The notes: generated from the sequence alone by a model not told the origin. A stretch of 64,000 nt of DNA from a virus (IMGVR_UViG_3300011217_000001:96001-160000), one strand, 5' to 3'. Counted from the first letter of the stretch, positions 8,299 to 18,042 are shown. A program made the numbers and translations.

Positions 8299-10587
8299 TC
8301 AGCCGCCGGTGCCGCCACCGGTGCCGCCGTTGCCGCCAGCACCCGGATCGGTGCCGTTGCCACCGGTGCCCGGGGCCGAGCCGTTGCCGCCGGTGCCGTT
8401 GCCGGCGTCCGGGGTCACGTCGGTGCTGTCCATGGCCAGGCTGGTCTTCAGGGTCAGCACCTTGTCCAGGTTCTTGACCTTGATGATCGCCATGATCGGG
8501 CAGTTGTTGAAGTGACGCGCACGCGGCTGGACCATCGCTTCCTTGATGGTGGCGCCGTTGCGGTTCACCATCACCGAGCTGGTCAGTTCCGGGATCCAGG
8601 CGAAGTTGCCGTAACCCAGCGGATCAGCGCCCTGCGCCGACGGACGGACGAAGAACATGACGATGTGGCCATCGACACGGCTGTCGACCGACACGGCCTG
8701 CTTGGCCTCGTCGAACACGGTCGCCCAGGTACGGGTATCGCCCTGCACCATCAGGTGACGGGTGATGACCTGGTCGGTGATCAGGCCCAGGATCGGCTTG
8801 TTGCCGGCGCCAGCGTGGGCGTCCAGCGCCTGCTGGTAACCCGACTGCTGGTACATGCGGTAGGTGATGTCACGCACCGCGTTGACCAGGCAGGCCGACA
8901 CGTCGAAGGCCTTGTCCCACGAACGGATGGAGTTGATTTCCTTCTCCAGATCCAGTTCCAGCTCTTCGTAGAACGGGGTCACCAGGAAGCGGCCCATGCC
9001 TTCCAGCGGAGCGATCGAGCCCTTGATCTGCGGGCCGGCCACGTAGTCACGCAGCGCGGCTGCGTAGTTGAACATGGTGGTGATCGCGTTGTTGCTGTTG
9101 CGGATGCGCACGGCGTTGGTCAGGGCCTTCAGGTCCGAAGCATCGCGCGAAGCGGTGATCGGGCTCGGGGCGCTGATCGGCGAACCCAGCGGGATCACGT
9201 AACGCTCGGTTTCCCACTGGACGTCCAGCTGCATGCCACGGGTGCGGCGGTTGCTGTTGGTGCGGTAGGCCTTCAGGTCGTAGCCGACGATCTTGGCATC
9301 GACGAGCTTGTCGACGATGGCCTTGCCGGCGCCGCTCTTCAGGTCGACCAGTTCGGAGTTCTCGTCCAGGATGGCGAAGACTTCGATTTCCGGCGCGTCC
9401 ACGCGGACGGTGCCGTACTGCACGTTGGCATCACCGAAGGCCTGCAGGCGCAGCTTGACGGTGTACTTGGCAGCTTCCAGGTCGGCCACGATGGCCGGCT
9501 TGACCTGGTCGACGGTCAGGGTGTTGGCGTTCAGCGGGATGCCGACGCTGGTGAAACGCAGCGACAGATCCTTGCTCTGGCCTTCGATGGTCTTCAGGAA
9601 GCTGTTCAGCGGCAGGCGGCTGACGTCGACCGGAATGGCGGTTTCGCCGGCGGCCAGCTGCACGTACAGGGTTTCCAGGGCCAGGCGGGCGTCCAGCGCG
9701 TCGCTGTTGTCCAGGATGTGGTTGGCCATCAGTTCCGGGTGAGCGGACAGACCGATGATTTCGTGCTTCTTGCGCACGGCCAGCGGAGCGGTGGTGATGT
9801 CGAAGCCCGACACCTGCACGACGCGCTCGCCCACGATGGCGGCGTCGACGAACGAGGCAGCGTTGCTGTCGTCTTCGGCCACGACCGGGTAGACGCGGGT
9901 TTCTTCGTCGGCCAGGATGGTGGCGTCACGGTGCGCGTCGATCAGGTTGCGCAGGTGCCAGTTGGTCTCGGTGCCGTCGGACTTGCGACGGATTTCCTTG
10001 TGGACCTGGTAGCGACCGACGGTCACGTCGATGGCAGCCTGGTCCGGGCCCACGACGATGGTCGGGTAGGCCAGCTCGGCGGCGTCGTCCTGGCGGGCGG
10101 CTTCGACGTTGAACTGGATGGAGTAGGCCATCGAGTTCTGCAGTTCGCGGTCGTCGAAGGCTTCCAGGGCCGGTTCGACGGTGTCGGTGTAGTCCAGCAG
10201 GCCGGCGGCGCCGAAGTTGCTGGCGTAGGACATGCGCACGCCTTCCTGCGACACGGCCTTCTTGGTCAGTGCAGCCTTGGCGTATTCGCCCGGGTTGGCG
10301 AAGGCCATGGCAACCATGGCGCCGGCGGTCTTCTGGGCGTCGGTCAGCTTGATGCTGGTGCCGCCTTCCAGGCCACTGTAGTGGCTTTCCAGCGAAGCCG
10401 ACACGTCCTGGGCAGTGCGCTCCAGGGAGGCGAAGGCGCTGTCATTCAGGCTCTCCATCGACAGGATGGCGTTGGTCGCTTCCTTGCCGCCGAAGTTGGC
10501 AGACTGGTTGGTGACCAGCGACTTCAGGTTGTCGATGCCCTGCTTGTAGGGGTTGTGCGGACGCGAGGCAATGTTGAGGCGCTGCAT
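8299..10587 (-). CDS. Major capsid protein (phiKZ gp120-like)
   Basis: 762 aa with very strong codon bias. Propeptide has S/A-X-E sites (SME, SLE, SQE, ALE|AFD). RTNSNRRTRG motif; synteny with helicase. Confidence 0.9.
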   Translation of the reverse strand: MQRLNIASRPHNPYKQGIDNLKSLVTNQSANFGGKEATNAILSMESLNDSAFASLERTAQDVSASLESHYSGLEGGTSIKLTDAQKTAGAMVAMAFANPGEYAKAALTKKAVSQEGVRMSYASNFGAAGLLDYTDTVEPALEAFDDRELQNSMAYSIQFNVEAARQDDAAELAYPTIVVGPDQAAIDVTVGRYQVHKEIRRKSDGTETNWHLRNLIDAHRDATILADEETRVYPVVAEDDSNAASFVDAAIVGERVVQVSGFDITTAPLAVRKKHEIIGLSAHPELMANHILDNSDALDARLALETLYVQLAAGETAIPVDVSRLPLNSFLKTIEGQSKDLSLRFTSVGIPLNANTLTVDQVKPAIVADLEAAKYTVKLRLQAFGDANVQYGTVRVDAPEIEVFAILDENSELVDLKSGAGKAIVDKLVDAKIVGYDLKAYRTNSNRRTRGMQLDVQWETERYVIPLGSPISAPSPITASRDASDLKALTNAVRIRNSNNAITTMFNYAAALRDYVAGPQIKGSIAPLEGMGRFLVTPFYEELELDLEKEINSIRSWDKAFDVSACLVNAVRDITYRMYQQSGYQQALDAHAGAGNKPILGLITDQVITRHLMVQGDTRTWATVFDEAKQAVSVDSRVDGHIVMFFVRPSAQGADPLGYGNFAWIPELTSSVMVNRNGATIKEAMVQPRARHFNNCPIMAIIKVKNLDKVLTLKTSLAMDSTDVTPDAGNGTGGNGSAPGTGGNGTDPGAGGNGGTGGGTGG

Positions 10588-10618
10588 TTCTGGGTTCCTT
10601 GACGGTGACGGTTTTGGT

Positions 10619-10696
10619 GAATAGGATCGGGCGAAGGACGATCACTTTCCCATAGAATATCCTCCTACGAGATTGTAACGCGCCCGACCCTGTCCT
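10619..10696 (-). promoter_or_regulatory. Structured 5' leader of capsid gene
   Basis: AGGGTCGGGCG/CGCCCGATCCT outer stem enclosing TCTCGTAGGA/TTCTATGGGA hairpin; TATG late-promoter-like motifs upstream. Confidence 0.45.
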
Positions 10697-10797
10697 TGGA
10701 CTGCCTCCACCTGCGGGGATAACCTGTCCATACCATACAGGAAATCACGCGCATTCTGGAGAATAGGCAAAAAGCCTAATGCGGTTGTCGGGCCTTA

Positions 10798-11307
10798 TTA
10801 GGCCGCTTGCTGATCGAGGGTGTGTCGCAGCCATGCACGAGCGCAGGGCTCGGTCATGAGCTCTTCGAACGGCATTTTGGTATTCAGGATCTTCATGACA
10901 TCGGTGTACAGTGAAGCCATGTCGGTGACGCCCACGGTGGAGGTCTGATAAATCAGCACCGTGTCTTCAGAGAATGGGTGACAAGACAGTACATACTTGC
11001 CCAGCTCTTCGGCGCTCTCCTTCATACGTTTGTCGGTAATCACTGCACGGAAGTCTTCACCGAGGTCCAAACGCTTGCGAGTTTCCTCGCATTCGTTGAT
11101 CGACGGGAGGAGATCGCTGCAGTGGAAGGAGCTGACGATCGGCGCAGGAAGGATGTCGTCCAGTCGGTAATTGAGTCCGACATAAAGTCTTACATCCTCA
11201 GGTGATACTATGCCCAAAAGTTGGGGGATGTTGACCAGTGCACTTCTGGGGAGGGACGCAGCCTCGATGGCGCGCATCATCCAGAGCGGTGCGAACAGCA
11301 TCTTCAT
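10798..11307 (-). CDS. Hypothetical protein (core block)
   Basis: 169 aa, SD GAGGA, between helicase and capsid genes. Confidence 0.7.
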   Translation of the reverse strand: MKMLFAPLWMMRAIEAASLPRSALVNIPQLLGIVSPEDVRLYVGLNYRLDDILPAPIVSSFHCSDLLPSINECEETRKRLDLGEDFRAVITDKRMKESAEELGKYVLSCHPFSEDTVLIYQTSTVGVTDMASLYTDVMKILNTKMPFEELMTEPCARAWLRHTLDQQAA

Positions 11308-11341
11308 CGCAAATCCTCTTTAAGAATAAGTGTTCATACAA

Positions 11342-12901
11342 ATGGATGCAAAACTACTCCTCGTAAAAGCGGTAACTCTGTTGTTCCGCGAAAGCCAGAT
11401 TGCCGACTACGGCTCTGGCTCTGACGATCTCATCCGTGAGACGCTGAACTCCATCAAGCTTCCTGAGTCCATGATCGAAACTGACCATGGCCGTGAGGTG
11501 ATGACGGGGCTGCGCGCAACAGTGCTCTGGCTCATTGACCGCAAAGCAGAGCGGTCAGTAGACAAGGAAGCATTGCTTCAAAGAATACGTGTGAACGTGG
11601 GTGACGAGACGTGGCTGTTTGATGCCATTGAGCAAGGCATCCGCGACCTCGACGACCAGGAAAAGATCCGTGACGAAGCGCTGTCCCATCGTCGAGACCT
11701 GATCCACTATCATCGCAACAATGCGGTGACCAACCTGGTCCGGTCTGCCTCCAGTACCCTGATGTTCAATTCGGGTAGTATTGACTGGCGCACCTACGTC
11801 CAGGACTTGATGGACAAGCTGGAACCTTATCGGAGCGATGCCACCGCTGTCATCGAGCAAGATGACAACGATCTGACCTTCGATGACATTACCAAGATTG
11901 CAGGCGCGGTTGAACGCGCGAAGGAAGAGAACCAGACCGACGGCGTCATGGTTGTCGGCTACCAAGGCTTCATGCGCATGCTCGGCCACCACAAGGGCCT
12001 GCGCCGTGGCGACATGTCTCTGGTGGGTGCGCTTCAGCACAAGTTCAAGTCGGGCTGGTGTAACGCTGTATTCGCCACAGCGTGCATGTTCAACACGCCT
12101 TACTTGAAGGACAAGACCAAGAAGCCGATGATGATGCTTATCTCCACCGAGGACAAGGTGAGTGATAAGCTGCTGTGGATGTTCAAGTTCATCAAGGAGA
12201 ATCTGGAGGGGGTCAAGGTTGACTCCACTCAGTTCACCTCCGCAGAGATTGCCGAGTACACGATCGGTAAGCTCACGCAGATGGGCTATGAAATCAACAT
12301 GGTCCGCGTCAACCCGTCGGACTTCTCATACGCCAGCTTGCAGGATCGTATCAATCGCTTCGAGGCAATGGGTTATGAGATCCACCTGCTGGTCATCGAC
12401 TACCTGGCCATGTTCAACAAGGCTGGTTGTACTCATGGTGCAACCGGCGCGGAGATCAAGGATCTGATCCGTCGTGTGCGTAACCTTGGCTCGGCCAAGG
12501 GTATCCACATCATGACCCCGCACCAGCTGTCCTCCGATGCAAAGCAGAAGCTGCGTGACGGTATCTCAGAATCGGACTTCGTCAAGGAAGTGGCGAACCT
12601 GGGTTACTGGGACGGTTGTAAGGGTATCGATCAGGAAGTCGATCTGGAGTACTACATCCACATCGTCAAGGTGGATGGAAGAGCTTACCTCACATTCCAG
12701 CGTGGTAAGCATCGAGGACTCATCGATCAGACAGACGATCGCGACATGTACTTCGCTCTACCGTTCCAGAAGATCGGAACGTTGCTGTGGGACTTCAACG
12801 GTAAGGACACCACCTTGCGCAAGCCAGGCGGTGGTGCGATCGGAACGAGTGAAGAAATGCCATGGTTTGATAGTTTCGAGATGAGCTCGATCGCCGCGTA
12901 A
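11342..12901 (+). CDS. DnaB-like replicative helicase (phiKZ gp118-like)
   Basis: GLRRG, atypical Walker A GALQHKFKS, LLVIDYL Walker B, TPHQLS, QEVD, RGKHRG. Confidence 0.85.
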   Translation: MDAKLLLVKAVTLLFRESQIADYGSGSDDLIRETLNSIKLPESMIETDHGREVMTGLRATVLWLIDRKAERSVDKEALLQRIRVNVGDETWLFDAIEQGIRDLDDQEKIRDEALSHRRDLIHYHRNNAVTNLVRSASSTLMFNSGSIDWRTYVQDLMDKLEPYRSDATAVIEQDDNDLTFDDITKIAGAVERAKEENQTDGVMVVGYQGFMRMLGHHKGLRRGDMSLVGALQHKFKSGWCNAVFATACMFNTPYLKDKTKKPMMMLISTEDKVSDKLLWMFKFIKENLEGVKVDSTQFTSAEIAEYTIGKLTQMGYEINMVRVNPSDFSYASLQDRINRFEAMGYEIHLLVIDYLAMFNKAGCTHGATGAEIKDLIRRVRNLGSAKGIHIMTPHQLSSDAKQKLRDGISESDFVKEVANLGYWDGCKGIDQEVDLEYYIHIVKVDGRAYLTFQRGKHRGLIDQTDDRDMYFALPFQKIGTLLWDFNGKDTTLRKPGGGAIGTSEEMPWFDSFEMSSIAA

Positions 12902-12904
12902 GGC

Positions 12905-12964
12905 AAAAAAAAAGAGTCAGGTCATAGCTCCAGCTACCCGCGAGGGTAGCTGGAGCCTATGCCG
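12905..12964. terminator. Bidirectional hairpin between convergent genes
   Basis: GCTCCAGCTACCC-GCGA-GGGTAGCTGGAGC with GTCATAG on left, CTATGCC on right, A-run beyond. Confidence 0.8.
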
Positions 12965-12965
12965 T

Positions 12966-13466
12966 TTAGATCTTGCGGAAGATGGTCGGGTCAAACTTGG
13001 GGTTGCGTTCGACACGGAAACGTCGACGGCCGTCATCGCTCAGGGCGATGGACAGGTTCATCTCATCGACCACGTTGGGGAGGTGAACTTCCAGCAGCGT
13101 GTGCATTTCCATCTTGCGCAGATGCTCATGCTCGGTCAGGTGGAACATCGCACGCTCCAGATCCAGCATCTGGTCTGCGGTGAGGGTGCGGGCCGGATGC
13201 TTTCCCTTGGGGCGATCAAAGGAACGCGTCGCGCTAACCAGCTGGCGCCCACGGTCATCATAGCTGGTCAGGACCAGCTTGTTGTGACCGACGGTGATGT
13301 GGAAGTAGGCCGTGCGGCGATCCACTTCCTTGTACATCTTTGCGATCTTGCGCCAACCGGCTTCGCATTCAGCCGTGGGGCAGAAGACGTTGTGGAAGAC
13401 CTTGGCCATAGCCAGGGCCATCTCACCGACGGACGGTTCAGTTGCGGCGACTGCGACTGCGTTCAT
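12966..13466 (-). CDS. Hypothetical protein
   Basis: 166 aa, SD AAGGAG. Confidence 0.7.
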   Translation of the reverse strand: MNAVAVAATEPSVGEMALAMAKVFHNVFCPTAECEAGWRKIAKMYKEVDRRTAYFHITVGHNKLVLTSYDDRGRQLVSATRSFDRPKGKHPARTLTADQMLDLERAMFHLTEHEHLRKMEMHTLLEVHLPNVVDEMNLSIALSDDGRRRFRVERNPKFDPTIFRKI

Positions 13467-13475
13467 GATGCTCCT

Positions 13476-13916
13476 TTACTTAGGTAGTTGGGCGGCGGTG
13501 TCCTTGTTCCAGAGGCGATAGTCTGTGAACTTGTGGTCACCACCAAGTTGGCGAGTGGGTGCTCCGTAGGGCGTGTACCAGTATCCCTTGTAGAGGAAGC
13601 CGGTGGTGTGAAGCCCGGAGCCGATGATGCGGGAGAAGATATCGCGGACAGCCGATGGGGGTAACTTGCTCTTGCCGGCCATCCAGCGGTTCTCGATACG
13701 GAACTTGATGTAGCGGTTGGGTTCAATGCCGTTTCCACGTATGTGGATCAGGCCGTCTTCTTCGTTTTCTTCGAAGTCATAGTCGAACATGCCGACCTTG
13801 CCACGAAGGACGAAATGCATGAACAGGAAGCCGATGTTCTTGGCCAACTGATCAAGGCTCTCGAAAAAGCGAGTGAAGAAATCGCGCATGGCGGGTTGTT
13901 TTATCATGACGGACAT
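13476..13916 (-). CDS. Hypothetical protein
   Basis: ATG after GAGGAAAGAG. Confidence 0.65.
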   Translation of the reverse strand: MSVMIKQPAMRDFFTRFFESLDQLAKNIGFLFMHFVLRGKVGMFDYDFEENEEDGLIHIRGNGIEPNRYIKFRIENRWMAGKSKLPPSAVRDIFSRIIGSGLHTTGFLYKGYWYTPYGAPTRQLGGDHKFTDYRLWNKDTAAQLPK

Positions 13917-13992
13917 TCGTCTCTTTCCTCCGTCCAATAGGAGAGGGGAGTAGTTCTCTACTCCCCTCCGCTAGACGTGTTGCGATCGATAC

Positions 13993-15438
13993 TTAGGCTT
14001 CGTTCAGAGCGCTGCCGTCGTTGTTGAGGTAGTTGTAGAGGGCAACGCCGGCGACGACGACACCCACGCCCACGCCGATGGCGATCAGGCGTTCCTTGCT
14101 GTGCAGGGTCTCAGTGACGACGTTCTTGACCTTGTTGGCCTGCCGGCGGATCTGAGTCTGGCCACGGGCCATGGTGCGGGTGCCGAAGTCCTTGGCGTCC
14201 TGCGCGAAGGTGGTCGGCTGATGGTCAGCGTTGGGACGACCAGCACCCTGGCTCAGCGGGATGGTGCGGACGTTGGAACGGGAGACGGTACGGGCGGTTG
14301 CGGACATGGTGGTTTCCTTCTTGCTCTTGGGAGTGGACTTGGTTTCTTGCTGGGGAGCTACTTCGAGTTCGTCTTCTTCAATGGGTCGGACGTACTCAGC
14401 CGTAGCCTTACGCTGGCCACGAGTGGCCTTGTAGTTCACCCGCACGACCAGTGCGTTGTCTTCGGTCGTGAGAGTAATCTTGGATCCCTTGTGATGCAGG
14501 GAGTCGAGCGGTGCTTCGATCAGCTCCGGATGCTTGGTGAGCAGATCGTCGAAGTAACCCATGGTGTCGAGGAAGCCCATGCGGACATAGCTCCCGATAC
14601 GACCATAGGTCGAGGCTTGGATGATGGCCTCTTCGAACTTGGCCAGGTTTGGATTGGCCAGTGCGTCCGGAGCATCTGCGATATCCAGCAGACTCTGGAA
14701 GCGTTCATCCACGTGCTTGAACATGGCTTCTTCTGCGCCGGCGTGCTGCTCGGTCGCCATGCTGATGAAGCCGCAGCGGAAGATCAACCCTTGCGCCGCG
14801 ATGCGACCCATGTAGTAGCCGCACATGCGTTCGAGCAGATCCTGCTCTTCCTTGCTGCGCTTGGGGTCTTCGCTCAGCTCGCTGAGGTTCAGCGAGAGTA
14901 CAAGACCGGTGAAGGTCAGCACTCGCGTACCCATCAGCACCGGCAGGTCCAGCAGTTCGTCGAAGATGTCCGGCTGTCGGTCCAGTCGGTCCATTGCCAA
15001 CATCACCGTGTCACCGCCGAACTTCAGACCTTCGGCCAGTTTCAGGAAGTTGATCGGCAGCCAGCCCTTTGGCGAACCCATCTCGACTTCCTTACCCTGA
15101 TAGCTGCTGCGCAGCGTGTCGGGGAAGATGGTCCATGCCAGTTGCAGCATACTGCGCACGTAGCTTTCGCTCACACCCAGGCCGTTGTAGATGTTGGCCT
15201 CGAAGGGAGCATGCTCGTGTACGAAGCTCAGATCGCGAACTCGCGGAGCGTAGCGGGTGAACAGGTCATGGATGGCCTGGTTGGTGTAGCGTTCGTTCTG
15301 GGCTGCGTCGGTCTCGATCAACTTGCGAGCAGCCTCTTTCTGTACCTGCGACACGCGCGGCGGCGGCGCCTTCTTCTTCGCTGCCTTCTTGGCAGCGGGC
15401 TTTTCAATAGGACGATGCTTGCGGGGACGGTACGTCAC
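13993..15438 (-). CDS. Hypothetical early protein with basic N-terminus and C-terminal transmembrane anchor; possible internal start at 14307
   Basis: 481 aa, GTG start after AAGGGAG; LIAIGVGVGVVVAGVAL tail. Confidence 0.7.
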   Translation of the reverse strand: MTYRPRKHRPIEKPAAKKAAKKKAPPPRVSQVQKEAARKLIETDAAQNERYTNQAIHDLFTRYAPRVRDLSFVHEHAPFEANIYNGLGVSESYVRSMLQLAWTIFPDTLRSSYQGKEVEMGSPKGWLPINFLKLAEGLKFGGDTVMLAMDRLDRQPDIFDELLDLPVLMGTRVLTFTGLVLSLNLSELSEDPKRSKEEQDLLERMCGYYMGRIAAQGLIFRCGFISMATEQHAGAEEAMFKHVDERFQSLLDIADAPDALANPNLAKFEEAIIQASTYGRIGSYVRMGFLDTMGYFDDLLTKHPELIEAPLDSLHHKGSKITLTTEDNALVVRVNYKATRGQRKATAEYVRPIEEDELEVAPQQETKSTPKSKKETTMSATARTVSRSNVRTIPLSQGAGRPNADHQPTTFAQDAKDFGTRTMARGQTQIRRQANKVKNVVTETLHSKERLIAIGVGVGVVVAGVALYNYLNNDGSALNEA

Positions 15439-15568
15439 GATGTTTCTCCCTTGGTGGTACGAAAGAAAAAGAAGAGCCTGAAAAACTACCCACCTATCAA
15501 CCGTTCCGGGATTGGAATGGTCGATAGGTAGATAGTCTAGAGGCGATTGGTTGTACTACTTCAACTAG

Positions 15569-15586
15569 GTGATGTATAGGTGAAAG
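15569..15586 (-). promoter_or_regulatory. Early-type phage promoter
   Basis: TTTCA-CCTA-TACATCAC, resembling the phiKZ early TATATTAC box. Confidence 0.7.
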
Positions 15587-15696
15587 TTTTTGGAATCGGT
15601 ATCCTAGAAGGGCATCTATTCTATGTGGGCGGGTCCAGATAACATCCGGACTTAGCCTACCACTGCGCACCCACCTTACTAGCTAGAGGTATCAAA

Positions 15697-16851
15697 ATGT
15701 CGCTCAATGACAAGAGCAAGGATCGCCTGCTCGCGTTGGTCAACGAAGAGAACGTGGATGAAATGATCTACGGTCCGCTGACCTTCGACGACGTCGACTT
15801 TGCCGAGCCGGTGGCCGATGCCACCCAGGGTGAAGAGGTCAACTCGACCGTCAAGATCACCGCCAAGGCGGAAAGCCGCTTCGGCGGCGAGGTCACCGCT
15901 GCCTACCAGCGTCTGGACCTGCAGAAGCTGTTCACCGACGCCGGCCTGCCGGAAGTGGAAGTCCGCGCTGTCGGCCTGACCAACTCCAGCGAAGTCGTGT
16001 CCGAGCTGAACGAAACCTTCGGTCTGGGCCTGGACGAGGACGACGTCGTCTTCGAAGCCCTGCCGACCGGCGAGTTCCCGCTGGAATATACCCTGAAGAC
16101 CAAGGCGACTTCGTTCGCCTGGATCGGCGAGCTGAAGCTCATCCTGACCGACGGCAAGCCGCCGCTGAGCTCGGTGATCGTCAAGACCGTCCTGAACGGC
16201 CTGAAGTACCCGACCGGCATCGTCTCGGGCCTGATCAAGCCGAAGGTGCAGCAGGACGTCTCGGTCAACGAAGCGTTCCAGACCGAAGATGGCAAGCTGT
16301 TCACCGGCACGGGCAACCCGTCGGACCACCTGGTCGCCAACAACAACGGCGAGCTGGAAGTGGCCATCGGCGCCCGCATCTGGAAGGACATCAACACCTT
16401 CGCTCCGGTCGATGGCGCCCTGCCGAAGTACAGCGTGGCCGTGCCGGAAGCCGGCGACTGGAACATCCCGTTCTCGATCGGCCTGCTGGACAAGACCCAC
16501 GGCGCCGCCGTGCTCGACCTGTACGCCGTCGAAGTGTTCATCCAGACCGCCGACCGCACCAAGGGCCTGCACCTGGTCGCCGTCAAGAACGCCGATGGCA
16601 GCCTGTCGCTGAAGGACGAAGCGGCCGGTGTGGACATCACCGACGCGTACTTCTCGGCCACCGGTGACCTGATCCAGGAAATCCAGCGTGCCTCGTTCTA
16701 CGCCGACGCCTTCCCGGGCGTTGCAGCCACCGAAACCGGCGCACTGCTGGGCGACTTCTACATCGCCGTGCAGGCTCGCCGCCTGGACTCCATCTGCCCG
16801 CGCGTGCTGGCGGCTGCCGAAGTCCACGTCACCGAAGCCACCTCCATCTAA
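15697..16851 (+). CDS. Virion structural protein (tail/baseplate-associated, phiKZ-like family)
   Basis: 384 aa with high codon bias; N-terminal 'YQRLDL...SFAWIG' domain shared with 17468-18034. Confidence 0.65.
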   Translation: MSLNDKSKDRLLALVNEENVDEMIYGPLTFDDVDFAEPVADATQGEEVNSTVKITAKAESRFGGEVTAAYQRLDLQKLFTDAGLPEVEVRAVGLTNSSEVVSELNETFGLGLDEDDVVFEALPTGEFPLEYTLKTKATSFAWIGELKLILTDGKPPLSSVIVKTVLNGLKYPTGIVSGLIKPKVQQDVSVNEAFQTEDGKLFTGTGNPSDHLVANNNGELEVAIGARIWKDINTFAPVDGALPKYSVAVPEAGDWNIPFSIGLLDKTHGAAVLDLYAVEVFIQTADRTKGLHLVAVKNADGSLSLKDEAAGVDITDAYFSATGDLIQEIQRASFYADAFPGVAATETGALLGDFYIAVQARRLDSICPRVLAAAEVHVTEATSI

Positions 16852-16868
16852 TCGACGGGGTGCCTGAG

Positions 16869-16910
16869 GGCATAGAGGAGGGGCTTCGGCCCCTCCTCTA
16901 TTTATGCCGT
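16869..16910. terminator. Bidirectional hairpin between convergent genes
   Basis: GGCA-TAGAGGAGGGGC-TTCG-GCCCCTCCTCTA-TTTATGCC. Confidence 0.8.
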
Positions 16911-17450
16911 TCAGTAGATCTGTACGATCATCAGTTCCATCATCAGGCGCAGTTGCGCGGCACCACGAGCGTAGCTGTTCAGCGACACTTCCAAGGCAGC
17001 GCCTCGGGAGACGTTGACCAGATCCTCACTGGCGTTCTGCACTACGCCGACCTTGCTGCCAGCTGCGAACACCACGTCAAAGCGATACTCGCCCAGGTTG
17101 ATCTGGAGAGCGACATCGGCAGTGGGTGCAGTGTTGAGCTTGAACACGCACGAGCTCAGTGCACGATCGACGATGATATCTTCGCCGATGATGGCACCGA
17201 ACAGCGGTTCGGCCTTCATCTCGTAACGAGTCAGGTCGTTGACGGAGAAGTTGATGTTGAAGCGACGCGACCCAGCGCGGTTGCGGATCTCTTCGAGCAT
17301 TGCACGCAGCGTGGGGATATTCCCGTCGTCCAACTCAACCACTTCATCGTCAGCGCCCTGGATGAACTGACGCAGGAGGAGGTTGCTGGCTTCGGTATCG
17401 GCGGCAGCTTCGTTGAGGCGCTGGATGACTTCTTCGGGGTTGGTGCTCAT
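16911..17450 (-). CDS. Putative tail-fibre-associated structural protein
   Basis: 179 aa, coiled N-terminus (..GNIPTLR) and beta-rich C-terminus. Confidence 0.55.
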   Translation of the reverse strand: MSTNPEEVIQRLNEAAADTEASNLLLRQFIQGADDEVVELDDGNIPTLRAMLEEIRNRAGSRRFNINFSVNDLTRYEMKAEPLFGAIIGEDIIVDRALSSCVFKLNTAPTADVALQINLGEYRFDVVFAAGSKVGVVQNASEDLVNVSRGAALEVSLNSYARGAAQLRLMMELMIVQIY

Positions 17451-17467
17451 CGGGGTTCCTTGGTTGT

Positions 17468-18034
17468 TCAGCCAGCGACAGGGATACCGCCACCGGGGGC
17501 GTTGTAGAAGATGTTGTACAGACCCGACCGGATTGCGGTCGATACATTGCCAGCAGCGCTCACCAGTTCATCCACAGGGACCGGGATGTAATCGAAGTGA
17601 GCCACGATCACGCCCTCGCCGTAGTAGGCGTACGAACCGTCCTTGGCCTTGACCTGAACGTTCAGCTGGTCGTAACCCTGGGACAGATCGAACACGCCAA
17701 CTGGTTCGATTTCAGACGTGGTGAAGTTGATGTCGTACAGCTCAGCGATGGAACCGATGAACTGTTCGAAGGTGACGTCCTTGGGCGTGAGGATGCTCAT
17801 CCCGCCAGCCTTGTCGATCACCTGCTGCAAATGCAGTCGCTCGTAGGAGAGACTAACATAGCCGCCGTACTCGAAAGCTGGCTTGGAGCGCACCCGCATT
17901 GCCGTGGTGGGTTCGCCGGGCACGACAGCGCCCGGCGCTTCCAGCGTCACCTGTTCATTGGTGAGGTTGAGGTCGTTGTCCTGGTTGATCAACTCCAGAA
18001 CGAGTTCCTGCGCCTCGATAGACAGGTCGGTCAT
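17468..18034 (-). CDS. Virion structural protein, paralog of 15697 N-domain
   Basis: LELINQDN...YERLHL...GSYAYYG. Confidence 0.6.
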   Translation of the reverse strand: MTDLSIEAQELVLELINQDNDLNLTNEQVTLEAPGAVVPGEPTTAMRVRSKPAFEYGGYVSLSYERLHLQQVIDKAGGMSILTPKDVTFEQFIGSIAELYDINFTTSEIEPVGVFDLSQGYDQLNVQVKAKDGSYAYYGEGVIVAHFDYIPVPVDELVSAAGNVSTAIRSGLYNIFYNAPGGGIPVAG

Positions 18035-18042
18035 GAATCACC

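Noticed and set aside
8068-8301. Possible read-through extension of the capsid protein (in-frame ORF and hairpin after stop)
   Set aside because: Tandem TGA-TAG stops, and the extension would run through the terminator and next promoter
12020-12050. Non-canonical Walker A in the helicase as a novelty
   Set aside because: Typical of phiKZ-like DnaB helicases
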